A stretch of DNA of 64,000 nt from Eledone cirrhosa (taxonomy: Eukaryota): positions 360,902,001 through 360,966,000 of the forward strand of contig OZ024742.1 of assembly GCA_964016885.1 (NCBI GenBank), given 5' to 3'. The translations under genes were made by a program, and so were the position numbers. The notes under the pieces are model-generated. The model did no database searches. It had not been told where the DNA came from and saw nothing but the letters and a program-made list of their open reading frames with translations. This document shows, in pieces, positions 49,841 through 63,965 of this stretch (positions are counted from its first letter, which is position 1; the number at the start of each line of letters is the position of its first letter).

Positions 49841-51655
49841 TTTAACATTTACATTACTCTATATCTACTATTATATTTTCGCGGTAAAGGCTTTACCTCA
49901 CATAATATCTCACATAACATTTACATTACTCTATATATACTATTGTATTTTCACAGTAAAGGATTTACCTCACATAATATCTCACATAACATTTACATTA
50001 CTCTATATCTACTATTGTATTTTCACAGTAAAGGATTTACCTCACATAATATCTCACATAACACTTACATTACTCTATATCTACTATTGTATTTTCACAG
50101 TAAAGGCTTTACCTCACATAATATCTCACATAACATTTACATTACTCTATATATACTATTGTATTTTCACAGTAAAGGCTTTACCTCACATAATATCTCA
50201 CATAACATTTACATTACTCTATATCTACTATTATATTTTCACGGTAAAGGCTTTACCTCACATAATATCTCACATAACATTTGCATTACTCTATATCTAC
50301 TATTGTATTTTCACAGTAAAGGCTTTACCTCACATAATATCTCACATAACATTTACATTACTCTATATCTACTATTGTATTTTCACAGTAAAGGCTTTAC
50401 CTCACATAATATCTCACATAACATTTACATTACTCTATATCTACTATTGTATTTTCACAGTAAAGGCTTTACCTCACATAATATCTCACATAACATTTAC
50501 ATTACTCTATATCTACTATTGTATTTTCACAGTAAAGGCTTTACCTCACATAATATCTCACATAACATTTACATTACTCTATATATACTATTGTATTTTC
50601 ACAGTAAAGGCTTTACCTCACATAATATCTCACATAACATTTACATTACTCTATATCTACTATTGTATTTTCACAGTAAAGGCTTTACCTCACATAATAT
50701 CTCACATAACATTTACATTACTCTATATATACTATTGTATTTTCACAGTAAAGGCTTTACCTCACATAATATCTCACATAACATTTACATTACTCTATAT
50801 CTACTATTGTATTTTCACAGTAAAGGCTTTACCTCACATAATATCTCACATAACATTTACATTACTCTATATATACTATTGTATTTTCACAGTAAAGGCT
50901 TTACCTCACATAATATCTCACATAACATTTACATTACTCTATATCTACTATTGTATTTTCACAGTAAAGGCTTTACCTCACATAATATCTCACATAACAT
51001 TTACATTACTCTATATATACTATTATATTTTCACAGTAAAGGCTTTACCTCACATAATATCTCACATAGTATTTACATTACTCTATATCTACTATTATAT
51101 TTTCACGGTAAAGGCTTTACCTCACATAATATCTCACATAACATTTACATTACTCTATATCTACTATTATATTTTCACGGTAAAGGCTTTACCTCACATA
51201 ATATCTCACATAACATTTACATTACTCTATATCTACTATTGTATTTTCACAGTAAAGGATTTACCTCACATAATATCTCACAAAGCATTTACATTACTCT
51301 ATATCTACTATTATATTTTCACGGTAAAGGCTTTACCTCACATAATATCTCACATAACATTTACATTACTCTATATCTACTATTATATTTTCACGGTAAA
51401 GGCTTTACCTCACATAATATCTCACATAACATTTACATTACTCTATATCTACTATTATATTTTCACGGTAAAAGCTTTACCTCACATAATATCTCACATA
51501 ACATTTACATTACTCTATATCTACTATTGTATTTTCACAGTAAAGGATTTACCTCACATAATATCTCACATAACACTTACATTACTCTATATCTACTATT
51601 GTATTTTCACAGTAAAGGCTTTACCTCACATAATATCTCACATAGCATTTATTTT
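49841..51655. repeat. 72-bp minisatellite, about 25 copies
   Basis: The pattern recurs every 360 bp, which is 5 x 72. Confidence 0.97.
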
Positions 51656-51666
51656 CATCCTGGTAC

Positions 51667-51925
51667 ATCATCATCATCATTTAACTTCCACGCTAGCATG
51701 GGTTAGACAGGATTGTCCCACTTGAGGCAAGATTGATCAGGTGACAGTCTCTCTCATATAGGACTGTGTCAGGCAGGTTTTCTATGCCTGCATGCCCTTC
51801 CTAAAAGTGAAACCTACAGTCAGTAAGCACCTCTTAACCAAATATACACCCCACTAACCCTTACTCCATCCTCCCACACCTCTCTCTGTAAAGTTATGTT
51901 GGTACCACAACATCCAGTCCAAACT
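51667..51925 (-). mobile_element. RTE 3' fragment with inverted upstream piece
   Basis: Minus-strand tail 51667-51803, then upstream 3'UTR sequence in plus orientation. Confidence 0.65.
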
Positions 51926-52152
51926 AAAGAGGTCATGTAAGTGGCCATGGTAGCAGCAGCAGCAGTAGTAGTGGTGGTGGTGGTGGTGGTTGCCATGATG
52001 GCAGCAACAATGGTGTGTGGTGGTGGTAGTGGCCATGATAGTGGTGGAGGTGGCGGTGGCGGTGTTACATATACAAGGCCATGGTTCTGTACTGTGAATG
52101 AGACCAAACTTAAAACCACATAATTTTCAACTGAACTTTTTAATCATACAAC

Positions 52153-53520
52153 CACCCCCCCCCCCCCCCCCCCCCCCCACACACACACACCGCACACACA
52201 CACACCACACCCCCCACACCCCCCACACACACACACACCACCCACCCCCACACCCCCACACACACACACACACCACACCACACACACCCACCTCACACAC
52301 ACACACCACACACCTCACTCACACACACATCACACACCGCACACGCACCACACCACACACCTCACCACACACCTCACACACACCACACACACACCACACA
52401 CCTCACACACACGCACACCACACACACACCACACACCTCACACACACACACACCACACACACATGCACCACACACCTCACACACACACACACCACACACA
52501 CTTCACACACACACACACCACACACACTTCACACACACACACACCTCACACACACACACCTCACACACACACATCACACACTCACACCACACACACACAC
52601 ACCACACACACCACACCACACACCTCACACACCACACCACACACCTCACACACACACACCTCACACACACACACACCTCACACACACATACACACACACA
52701 CACACCACACACCTCACACACCACACACACCACACACTTCACACACACCACACACACCACACACCTCACACACACACACCACATACACCACACACACACC
52801 ACACACCTCACACATACACACACCACACACACACACATCTCACAGACACACACCACACACACACACACACACCTCACACACACACACCTCACACACACAC
52901 ACACCACACACACACACCACACATCTCACACACACACACACCACACACCTCACACACACCACACGCACCCCCCCACACCTCACACACACACACACACCTC
53001 ACACACACACATACACACACCACACACCTCCCACCCCCACCCCCGCACGCACACCTCACACACACCCATCCACCTCCACACCTCACACACACACACACCT
53101 CACACACACACACACACCTCACACACACACACACCACACACACACACCACACATCTCACACACACACACACCACACACCTCACACACACCTCACACACAC
53201 ACACACCTCACACACACACATACACACACCACACACCTCCCACCCCGCCCCCCCCCCCCCACACACACCTCACACACACACACACACCACACACACACCA
53301 CACATACACACACACCACACACCACACACCTCACACACAAACACACACACACCACACACCACACACCCACACACACACACACACCACACACACACACCAC
53401 ACACACACACCACACACACACTACACACCTCACACACACACACACCTCACACACACACACACATACATATATAATACACACACACACATACATATATAAT
53501 ACACACACACACATACACAT
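52153..53520. repeat. CA/CAC-rich low-complexity tract
   Basis: Direct reading. Confidence 0.95.
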
Positions 53521-53815
53521 ACCATCATTATCATCATCCATTTTTCTACACTGGCATGGGTTATATATATATGTATGTGTATGTGGTTATATATATGTAT
53601 GTGTGTGTGTGGTTATATATATATGTATGTGTGTGTGTGGATATGTATATGTATGAGTGTGTGTACATATGTATATAAATGCATATAAACACATTTTCAA
53701 GCGTATATACATATACATGTGTGTATATATATATACATATACACACACACAATTACAAATAGACATTATCTCATTTGAAGCATATGTAGTCAATCAGCTG
53801 ATATTCTAAGTGGCC

Positions 53816-53984
53816 TCTAGTGTTACTAGTAATACTATAACTAATACTAGTGTTACTAGTAATACTATAATTAATACTAGTGTTACTAGTAATACTATAA
53901 CTAATACTAGTGTTACTAATAATACTATAACTAATACTAGTGTTACTAATAATACTATAACTAATACTAGTGTTACTAATAATG
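53816..53984. repeat. 30-bp AT-rich minisatellite (related 39-bp-based array at 57911-58485)
   Basis: CTAGTGTTACTA(G/A)TAATACTATAACTAATA units. Confidence 0.9.
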
Positions 53985-56900
53985 TTTTCTTTATTAACCA
54001 CAAGGGTTTACATAAAGTAGACATTAAGGACAGTACAGGACAATACAGGATGGTACAAATGGGCATTTCTGCGTGTAAAAAAAACAGAGGATGTAATAAA
54101 AATAACAATGAAAAATTCCCCAATAGGGGAGAGACTTCCGAGGGACATTTGTGGAGAAAGCCCATTAAAAGGCTACAGTGGCCACAAGGGCTGACATCAA
54201 GAAAAACATTACAGACGGTACAGGGCGGTAAGATGTGGGTTTTGTGCATGTAAAGATTTTTATTATTTATATAAGAAAAGAAAAAAAGACATAGAAACAT
54301 ATATATATATAAACAATAAAAATGAAAATTGAAACAATGAAAAATTCCCCAATAGGGGGGAAACCTCCGAGGGTTACTCGTGGCGAAAAACCACACAAAA
54401 GACCACGGCCACCCTGACCACCAGGGCAAGCGCCCTCTCCCAATTTTTCCATTTCTCAAACTACAGACGTATATTCAGAGCGGTCCCGTTCACTCGGACC
54501 ATTCTCGCTACATTCACCCACCTTTCAACAAACTTGCTAGAGGGCACCACTTGCCTCTCCACCCTGATTTTCCTATTCAAGTGGAACTTGAAAAAGTTAA
54601 TTAGGGATTCGCCGAAGAGGAAAGTGTCTGTCTTTAACCCTTTCAACCTTGTCCACAACAGAATCTCTTTCGCCATGGCCACCAGGCAGATGAAAACCGC
54701 CTGCCCTTCCTCCTCGAAGGAAGACGGCGAGACCATCTGCACAATGGACTCAGTCGATAACCGGATCAGTCCCACACGTGACAGCAACTGTTTGACATAG
54801 TTCCACAAGTCAGCAATTCTCGGGCACTGAACGAGTGCGTGCACGACGGTTTCGTCGCTCTGCGCGCATCTCGGACAGGCTCGGCTGACGGCACTTCCGT
54901 GCCTGTAGAGCTTATCTCGAACCGGCAGCGCTCCCCGGTAGCACTGCCAGGCCAGGGATTTTTGGAAGTTATCCATAGGCCCCGGGCTGAAAGTTCTCAG
55001 GAAGAGAGCAAACAGCTGATCTTCTTCGACGCCCAGGATCTCTCCGAGAACGTCGTCGCTCTTCCTCTCCACTAGTCCTCTATAGAACACCAAGGTGGAT
55101 GTTCCACCGATACTGGTGCCCAACTGGGAGAGGGCAGTGAGCGCCTGGAGACATTCCAGTTTCCAAGCGTTATCCCTCGGTCTTTTTCTGACCCAGGACT
55201 GCAGCTCCGTCAAGGAGACGAGCTGTGGAAAAATGTGCCTGGCGAACGGCTACCACACCTGTTCACCGTCAAAGAAGCAGCAGAGATGTCGCAGCCTCAG
55301 CGCATGTTTGCGCATCATCAGCCATGGCATGCCCAGTCCTCAACGCAACGGGTGTTGACAGCAGATGAATCGTTTGACCATGGGAGCGTGTCCCTTCCAC
55401 AAAAAGTGGAAGAGGAGGCGCTCCATTTTGGTGAGAGTTGGGCTGGAGCAAGGGACGACTGTGAGGTGGTAGCAGATAACGGATGCGATGTACACATTTG
55501 CCACCTCCACCCGGCCTTTCAGGGACAGCTTCCTCTCGGCCCATTTCTGGGTGAGGGAGGCCACCTTGCTCGTCACCTCGTTCCAGTTTTTCTCCATCTG
55601 GAGGTCCGGTCTGAACCAGACCCTGAGCAATTTAACCGGTTCGTCTGTCCAACGCCCCATGACGCTGTTGGACGGCATGGACTTGCCTCTCCAGGTGCCG
55701 AGCTGCAAACCCACTGACTTTTCCTGGTTTATCTTTGCTCCTGTCACCGCTTCGTATTCCTTGAGAGCGGTGCCGAGCATCTGGACGTGTCTGGTGCTCG
55801 ACACCACCACGATGACGTCGTCGGCGAATGCCGACTCGGATTTCCCGCATCCTAGTTCGCGTGGGACGCCCCTCATCGCCCCCAGTTTGTGCAGTAACGG
55901 CTCGAGAGCCAATACGTACAAGGGGCACGAGAGGGGACAACACTGGTGGACTGAGCGCATGATGCTGAACGGCTGCGACAGGTGACCGTTCACCCTCACA
56001 ACTGAGCAGATGTCGCTGTACATCGCTGCAATCTAACCCCTGAAAACGGGCCCGAAACCGGCTGATCCAAGTTGATCAGGGCCCCACCCGTGCCAGGTTC
56101 CTTAACCACCCTCTCTATGATGTATCGCATGAGGTGGAGGTTGTCATGTATGTATCTGTCCGGAATGGCGCATGTCTGCGCCTCTTCCACCAGACCCTTG
56201 ACGACAAGCGCCAAGCTCGTTGCTCACACCTTGGCCAAAATCTTGAACTCTGCGTTTAGCAGGGTTATGGGCCTGAAATTATCGATAACATCCCCCTTGT
56301 TCGGGTCTTTTCTCAGCAGCGCCACCGCTCCCTGGCTCACAAAACTGGCAATGCTCCCGTTCTGCTGCCAGTTGCAGTAGACATCTGCCAAGAGGTCACC
56401 GAACAAGTCTGGCATAAATGCATAAAGCTCGTAGGGCAGACCATCCAATCCTGGCGATTTACCCCTTGTGCAGTTAGACATCGCTTCCTTTATTTCACCG
56501 GTTGTTATTGGCTTTTCGCAACACTGTGCTGTGGTCGTCGAGAGCCGAGACAGTCCGTCGAGGTATGCACTGAAGTCCATGCCCCGACCCGGGCCGCCGC
56601 TGCTCCCGAACAGTTCAGCAAAGTGCTGCTGAAAAGCTTCACACATCCGCTCGGGTTCGAGCATCACGCACCCGTTTTGGTCAGACAAAGACCGAATTGT
56701 GGCTTTGTTGCCACGTCATGCCCCTGCCACCCAGCCCCCTGCCACCCAGGCCCATTGCACGGCTTTTGTCCCCTCGTGTTTCAGAGTACGCGCTCTAGCT
56801 CTGACAACGCAGCCTTCGTGTTTTGCGTTGAAGAATTGGTCGAGTGCCAATTTCGCTGCAAGCGCGTCGGTTGCGATGCCTGCCCTAAACACCTCTTCTA

Positions 56901-57826
56901 GCTTTCTGACTAGCTCTCCCTCTACTCTATTTTCCTCTATCACTAGTCCTTTGCTAAACCTAATCAACTCTACTTTAATTGCTCTTTTCAGGGCGAACCA
57001 CCACCTGTTGTTGACGACCGCTCCCGTCAACGCCCTCTTAACTAATACGCTAATCCGGTCTCTGTAGGCTTTGCGCGCCGGGAAAGACGCGTTCAGCTTC
57101 CAGTAACCAGGCCCTTGTCTATGAAGTCTGTCTATGTCGATATCACAGATCACACATTTGTGGTCTGTGTAGTCGACTATTTTAAATTGTGGACAACTTA
57201 TACTAGCCTTATCTAGTTCTCTGCAGAATACCCTATCGAGATACGATCTGGATTCTTTATTAACCACAAGGGTTTACACAAAGAAAGACATTAAAGACAG
57301 TACAGGACAATACAGGACGGTACAAATGGGCATTTCTGCATGTAAAAAAAACAAAAAAACATTGGATGTAATAAAAATAACAATGAAAAATTCCCCAATA
57401 GGGAGGAAACTTCCGAGGGACATTCGTGGAGAAAGCCCATTAAAAAAAAGCCACGGTGACCCTGACCACCAGGGCAAGTGCCCTCTCCCAGTTTTCCACC
57501 TTTAATTTACAGACACATACTCAGAGTAGACCCATTCACTCGGGCCATTCTTGCTTCTCTCAACCATCTTTCAACAAAATGCTGGGAAGAGAGCACTTCC
57601 CTCTCTACCCTGATTTTCCTTTTTAAATGAAATTTGAAAAAGTCAATCAGGGCATCACCGAAGAGGTAAGTGCTCGTCTTCAGCCCTTTCAAACGCGTCC
57701 ACCATACTATCTCTTTCGCCATGGCTACCAAACAGATAAAAACTGCCTGCCCTTCCCGGCTAAAGGAAGAGGGCGGGGCAATCTTCACGATGGACTCAGC
57801 TGATAGCTGGATCCGTCCTACACACG
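53985..57826 (-). mobile_element. Tx1/L1-type LINE composite: three 3'-anchored pieces in tandem (53985-54180, 54180-57252, 57253-57826)
   Basis: Each piece begins at or near the 3' terminus (CCACAAGGG on +; AATAAAG signal in pieces 1 and 3). Confidence 0.85.
54461..57252 (-). pseudogene. Tx1/L1-type ORF2 (endonuclease C-terminus, RT, zf-RVT) with frameshifts and stops
   Basis: SYLDRVF, TDHKCV, GPGYWKLN, KSPGLDGLPYELY, FRPITLLN, FADDV, CPRC..DETVVHALVQC split over several ORFs. Confidence 0.9.
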
Positions 57827-58487
57827 AACTAGTTTAACTAATAATGCTATAACTAATAACCCATGCTAGCATGGAAGATGGACGTTAAACGAAGATGATG
57901 ATGATGATGAATACTAGTGTTACTACTGTTACTAATACTAGTGTTACTACTGTTACTAATGATACTATAACTAATACTAGTGTTACTACTGTTACTAATA
58001 ATACTGCAACTAATACTAGTGTTACTACTGTTACTAATACTAGTGTTACTACTGTTACTAATGATACTATAACTAATACTAGTGTTACTACTGTTACTAA
58101 TGATACTATAACTAATACTAGTGTTACTACTGTTACTAATAATACTATAACTAATACTAGTGTTACTACTGTTACTAATAATACTATAACTAATACTAGT
58201 GTTACTACTGTTACTAATAATACTATAACTAATACTAGTGTTACTACTGTTACTAATAATACTGCAACTAATACTAGTGTTACTACTGTTACTAATAATA
58301 CTATAACTAATACTAGTGTTACTACTGTTACTAATGATACTATAACTAATACTAGTGTTACTACTGTTACTAATAATACTGCAACTAATACTAGTGTTAC
58401 TACTGTTACTAATGATACTATAACTAATACTAGTGTTACTGTTACTAATAATACTTCAACTAATACTAGTGTTATTGCTAATAATGA

Positions 58488-59744
58488 TTTCTTTATTAAC
58501 CACAAGGGTTTACATAAAGTAGACATTAAGGACAGTGCAGGACAATACAGGACGGTACAAATGGGCATTTCTGCATGTAAAAAACAAAAACAGAGGATGT
58601 AACAAAAAAAAAACAATGAAAAATTCCCCAATAGGGGGGAGACTTCGGAGGGACATTTGTCGAGAAAGCCCAGTAAAAGGCCACAGTGACCCTGACCACC
58701 AAGGCAAGTGCCCTCTCCCAGTTTTCCACCTTTAATTTACAGATATATACTCAGAGTAGGCCCATTCACTCAGGCCATTCTTGCTTCTCTCACCCATCTT
58801 TCAACAAAATGCCGGGAAGAGAGCACTTCCCTCTCTACTCTGATTTTCCTTTTCAAATGAAATTTGAAAAAGTTAATCAGGACATCATGTCTGTCATCTG
58901 CTACTACCTGACCGTCGTACCTTGTCCTAAGCCTTGCCTGACTGCACTGGAGCGTTTGCTCTTTCGCTTTTTGTGGAAGGGACGCGCTCCGATGGTCAGG
59001 CGGTCCATCTGTTGTCAACACCCACTACACGGAGGGCTGGGCATGCCGTGGCTGATGATGCGCAGACATCTCCACCTCTTCCTCGATGGTGATCAGGTGT
59101 GGACGCCGTTTGCTAGACACGTATTTCCCCAGCTCGTTTCCTTGACGGAGCTGCAGTCCTGGGTCAAGCGAAGACCAAGAGGGAGCGCCTGGAGGCTGGA
59201 ATGTCTTCGGGCGCTCACAGCCCTCGACCAATCGGGCAATGTGATCGGCGGAAACTCCACCTCAGCGTTCTATAGAGGATTAGTGGAGGGGAAGAGCGAG
59301 GACGTACGTGGGGAAACTCTAGGCGTCGACGAAAATCAACTAGCCAATCTCTTTGGAAGAACTTTCGGGCCGGGGCCTATGGACAACTTCCAGAAATCTC
59401 TGGCCTGGCAGTGCTACTGAGGAGCCTTGCCAGTTCGGGATAAACTCTACAGGCATGGAGGTGCCCTCAGCAGGGCATGTCCGAGATGCGCGCAGGGCGA
59501 CGAAACCGTCCTGCACGCACTCGTCCAGTGTCCAAAAATTGCTGACTTGTGGGTTTATGTCGAACACCTGTTGTCGCGTGTAGGACGGATTCGGCTATCA
59601 TCTGAGTCCATCGTGAGGATTGCCCCGCCCTCTTCCTTTAGCCGGGAAGGGCAGGCAGTTTTTATCTGTCTGGTGGCCATGGCGAAAGAGATAGTATGGT
59701 CGACACATTCGATAAGGGCTGAAGACGAGCACTTACCTCTTCGG
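58488..59744 (-). mobile_element. Tx1/L1-type LINE with 5' inversion (twin priming)
   Basis: 3' end on minus strand 58488-58886; upstream ORF2 part on plus strand 58882-59744; flanking repeat GTGTTATTGCTAATAAT. Confidence 0.88.
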
Positions 59745-59756
59745 TGTTATTGCTAA

Positions 59757-59949
59757 TAATAATTGTTTCTACTTTTGGCACAAGGCCAGAAAATACCCAG
59801 TGTATTACTGGTACTTTATTTTATCGACCTCTGTATGGATGAAAGGCAAAGTCAACCTTGGCGGGATTTGAACTCAGATCGTAAAGGGACTGAACTATGC
59901 TGGAAAGCATGGCGTCTGACCCTCTACTGATACTGCCAATCCACCGCCC
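59757..59949 (-). mobile_element. Meta-core tRNA SINE with TSD
   Basis: Reverse complement of the 23263 family; GTTATTGCTAATAATAATT on both sides. Confidence 0.85.
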
Positions 59950-60065
59950 TAGTTATTGCTAATAATAATTATTTCTTTATTGGCCACATATTGTTAATAA
60001 TAATACTATAACTAATACAGCCATCACTGATAATTGAGTATAATTTGGTATTTATCTGCTCCTAT

Positions 60066-60755
60066 GACATATACCCAGTAACTAGAGAGGCAGGTGATGA
60101 CTGGTGAACTAGACCAAGGTGACATCTACAGTACTGTCTGGTCAGGGTCCCCTGTCATGTGACATATACCCAGTAACTAGAGAGGCAGGTGATGACTGGT
60201 GAACTAGACCAAGGTGACATCTACAGTACTGTCTGGTCAGGGTCCCCTGTCATGTGACATATACCCAGTAACTAGAGACGCAGGTGATGACTGGTGAACT
60301 AGACCAAGGTGACATCTACAGTACTGTCTGGTCAGGGTCCCCTGTCATGTGACATATACCCAGTAACTAGAGACGCAGGTGATGACTGGTGAACTAGACC
60401 AAGGTGACATCTACAGTACTGTCTGGTCAGGGTCCCCTGTCATGTGACATATACCCAGTAACTAGAGAGGCAGGTGATGACTGGTGAACTAGACCAAGGT
60501 GACATCTACAGTACTGTCTGGTCAGGGTCCCCTGTCATGTGACATATACCCAGTAACTAGAGATGCAGGTGATGACTGGTGAACTAGACCAAGGTGACAT
60601 CTACAGTACTGTCTGGTCAGGGTCCCCTGTCATGTGACATATACCCAGTAACTAGAGAGGCAGGTGATGACTGGTGAACTAGACCAAGGTGACATCTACA
60701 GTACTGTCTGGTCAGGGTCCCCTGTCATGTGACATATGCCCAGTAACTAGAGAGG
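60066..60755. repeat. 95-bp minisatellite, about 7.3 near-identical copies
   Basis: GACATATACCCAGTAACTAGAG recurs at 60066, 60161 and onward. Confidence 0.95.
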
Positions 60756-60815
60756 TTTGAATCCATTGCACTGTTATACCAGTGTCTGAGCTTCCCCTGT
60801 CTATCACGCAATAAT

Positions 60816-61310
60816 CACAACACCACCACTACTACCACCACCACCACTACCACCATCACCAACACCATCACCACCACCAACACTACAACCACCACTACCA
60901 CCAACAACACCACCACCACTACCACCAACACCACTACCACCACCATTACCATCACCACCACCACTACCACCACCACCACCACCACTATCATCACCACCAC
61001 CTCTATCACCACCAACAACACCACCACCACCACCACCACCACTACCGCCACCACCACTACCACCACCACCAGTACCATCACCATCACCACCATCACCATC
61101 ACCGCCATCACCACCATCACCGCCATCACCACCATCACCGCCATCACCATCATCACCATCCTCTTCACCACCACCACCACCACCACCACCATCACCATCA
61201 TCACCCCATCACCATCACCATCATAACCATCACCACCACCATCATCACCACCACCATCACCACCACCATCACCACCACCATTACCACCATCATCATCATC
61301 ATCATCATCA
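60816..61310. repeat. (ACC/ATC)n trinucleotide tract
   Basis: Direct reading. Confidence 0.95.
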
Positions 61311-61622
61311 TATCATTTTATGTATGTGCCCTACAACAAAGAAAGGCCCCTAGTCCCTCCTGTAAGCTGGTAGTGTCTGAGACATTGTAAAATGCTCCAA
61401 GTATGTACTGTGAATTGGTTGGCATTAGGGAGGACATGCTGCCATATAAACCAGATAAGTAAGATGTGTTCACCTGTGTAGCCTCCTGATGGGGTTACAA
61501 CCCATCTAACTCATGCAAGCATGGAAACTAGATGTTAAATGGTGATGATGATGAATTTGGTGGCTGTAGCATGGTAGAAAGGTTAAGTTCACTCTGCAAA
61601 CATTAAGTCCTTACCCAGTACA

Positions 61623-61762
61623 CTACTGGTACTTTATTTTATCGACCCCGTAAGGATGAAAGGCAAAGTTAACCTCGGCGGGATTTGAACTGAGAATAGC
61701 AAGGACCGTAACTCTTGCTGCAAAGCATGGCGTCCGACCCTCTACCGATACTGCCAATCCAC
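61623..61762 (-). mobile_element. Meta-core tRNA SINE
   Basis: CTGGTACTTTATTTTATCGACCCCGTAAGGATGAAAGGC...ACTGCCAATCCAC. Confidence 0.85.
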
Positions 61763-62225
61763 TAATAATAATAATAATAATGAAATTATTGTGTACAGTG
61801 CTCAGGTGCACTACAACTCTTCAAAGGTGCATGTATAGTACATATAATAATGTACAAATGTCAGGAAAGTGAACAGTGTATGAGTCATGATACACATGTG
61901 TGTATGTGTATGGAGGGGGAATATTAGGTGTAGTGTTGGCAAATCTCAGGAAGCATGGAGGCCTTAAAGGATGCAGTGTTTCGACAGCTAACAACTGATG
62001 CAGGTAGTTTGTTCCATGGAGGTTTTAAAGGATGCAGTGTCTCGACATCTAACAACTGATGCAGGTAGTTTGTTCCATGCTTCAGCAACTCTGAGCATGA
62101 AAAAATGTTTCCAAAAGTCATAGGAGCTGTGCTGTTTTCTGACTTTGTTGGCATGTCCACGTGTGTTAGACACATGGAAATCAAAAAGGTACCCAGGGTT
62201 GTTGTTGGTGAGATGGTTAATAATG
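61763..62225 (-). mobile_element. CR1/L2-type LINE 3' fragment (shorter copy at 49258-49380)
   Basis: SNTRGHANK..KHFFMLRVAEAWNKLPASVV..ASFK; (ATT)n tail; internal duplication of about 60 bp. Confidence 0.8.
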
Positions 62226-63168
62226 GGTGAGTTTATATGTGTTTGCTTGACCTACTAAAAATAGCAACAAAATCTCTTTTAAGCCACTTAGTTTGCATAA
62301 AAATATCTTCAATTTTTAATGTGATGCAGTCATTGTACTTTTCTAAAATGTGTTGTTAATGTGGTTTCATGCAGTAGAGTGTTAACGGAGATAACATCTT
62401 TTACCAAAAGATTCTAATATAGTATAATTATGATGGAAACCTTCAACTTAAATATGAACACTTTAAAACAGGATTTAGTATCATAAAACTAGAGATATCA
62501 CAGCCCACGGGGGGCAGGAAGAAAAGGAAATACCGGGGCTTGTTCACCTGCTTCCTTCTTGTAATGGTTGGGTGTAGTTGAGATCTCTAGTATCCTCAGA
62601 CCCTCTACAGCTGACCACCTCCATAAAATCAGAATGACAGCAGTCCATCTGAGGAAGGATCTCCACAAGGTGGGCTGGCTGTTGCTGGCCATTTGTCTGC
62701 AGAAATATCTCTGCAGTTTTTTACTGCGGAGCCACAGCTGAAACACCGCTCCGACCTGGGTGTAGAGACTGTCACCCCCCCCCCCCCCCTTTCCTCTGTG
62801 ACTTAATAGTCCTTGCGCTTTCCCTCCTTTTCTTCTCATTTACAGTATTTATAGTCTTTTCTTTTACTTTCCTATACAACTACATCTACCCTTCTTTACC
62901 CCTTCCACCTTTGTTGCGTTCCTTAATTTTGTTTTTATCTTTTCTTTTAATATTTCCACCATTGTATAACTTCTGTCTGTAAAATATAGTTGACATAATA
63001 TGTTTATGTATAACAGATAGCAAAATATTTCTATCATTGTATAACCTCTGTCTGTAAAATATAGTTGACATAAAATGTCAAATCCAATGGCTTTTAAGAG
63101 TCAACATTTTTGTTGAAATCATTTTTCCAGTTGATAAACATTCTGATATTGTTTTTTTATTTTTTCAG

Positions 63169-63228
63169 ATGAAGTTCTTTTACCAACCCAACAATGTCAT
63201 GAGGTAGCACCTTCTACCAGCGTTTAAT
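63169..63228 (+). other. Candidate 60-bp host exon
   Basis: Polypyrimidine-TTTCAG acceptor and GTAAGT donor; the best frame (D)EVLLPTQQCHEVAPSTSV* stops just before the donor. Confidence 0.3.
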
Positions 63229-63853
63229 GTAAGTCGTGTTAATATTTAGTATTTTAAAGTTAATATAAAGAATGGTGGGCTCATGCACAAAGATGCTATA
63301 TAAAATAGGGTGAAGACCCTTGATGGAAAAGGAAGTTGCCCTTGGCTGCTAATTTTTGGAAGGTCATACTGCCAGTAAAAACACACATATTAGTCAAGTT
63401 TCATTTTGGTTTTATTATTAATGAGCTAAAAGGGTGGGGGATTGGCAGAATCAGAAGAGAGGCAGTTTTAAGTTTATTATATAATCTTGTTATGTGTATT
63501 TCAAAGACATCAAAGTGATTGCACAATAATCCTTGACTTGTTTTCATCAGACAGGTGTTAAGTTGTAATGTTTTGGAGTGCTTAACGTCTTCTAATTACA
63601 CTACAGCTAGTTGATTAATGGATCAACCAACGTATATTATTAGTTTTAGGCTTGATATAGTAGGAGAAAAGTATTAACATTTCAGATGCTAGTCCTTCAT
63701 CAGAAAATAGAATGGGAAATTAAAGAAGAAATAGAAAGATTGAGGAGACGGACAGTGGTGGAAACGGAAAACATATTTTTTTAGATAAAAAACAGGTCCG
63801 TTCATGTTGCCATCTCAAGGGAAACTGTTGATGCTGCTGTTTTGTGTAAGATG

Positions 63854-63857
<4 letters not shown>

Positions 63858-63911
<54 letters not shown>

Positions 63912-63916
63912 CACAC

Positions 63917-63964
<48 letters not shown>
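63858..63964. repeat. (CA)n microsatellite
   Basis: Direct reading. Confidence 0.95.

Positions 63965-63965
<1 letters not shown>

Noticed and set aside
49943-51706. 587-aa repeat protein
   Set aside because: Product of a 72-bp unit lacking a stop in one frame; non-ATG start, no domain or splice evidence
62498-62839. 113-aa minus-strand ORF as a host gene or transposase
   Set aside because: Only a faint, frameshifted resemblance to a mariner-type C-terminus; runs through a G-tract; not supportable
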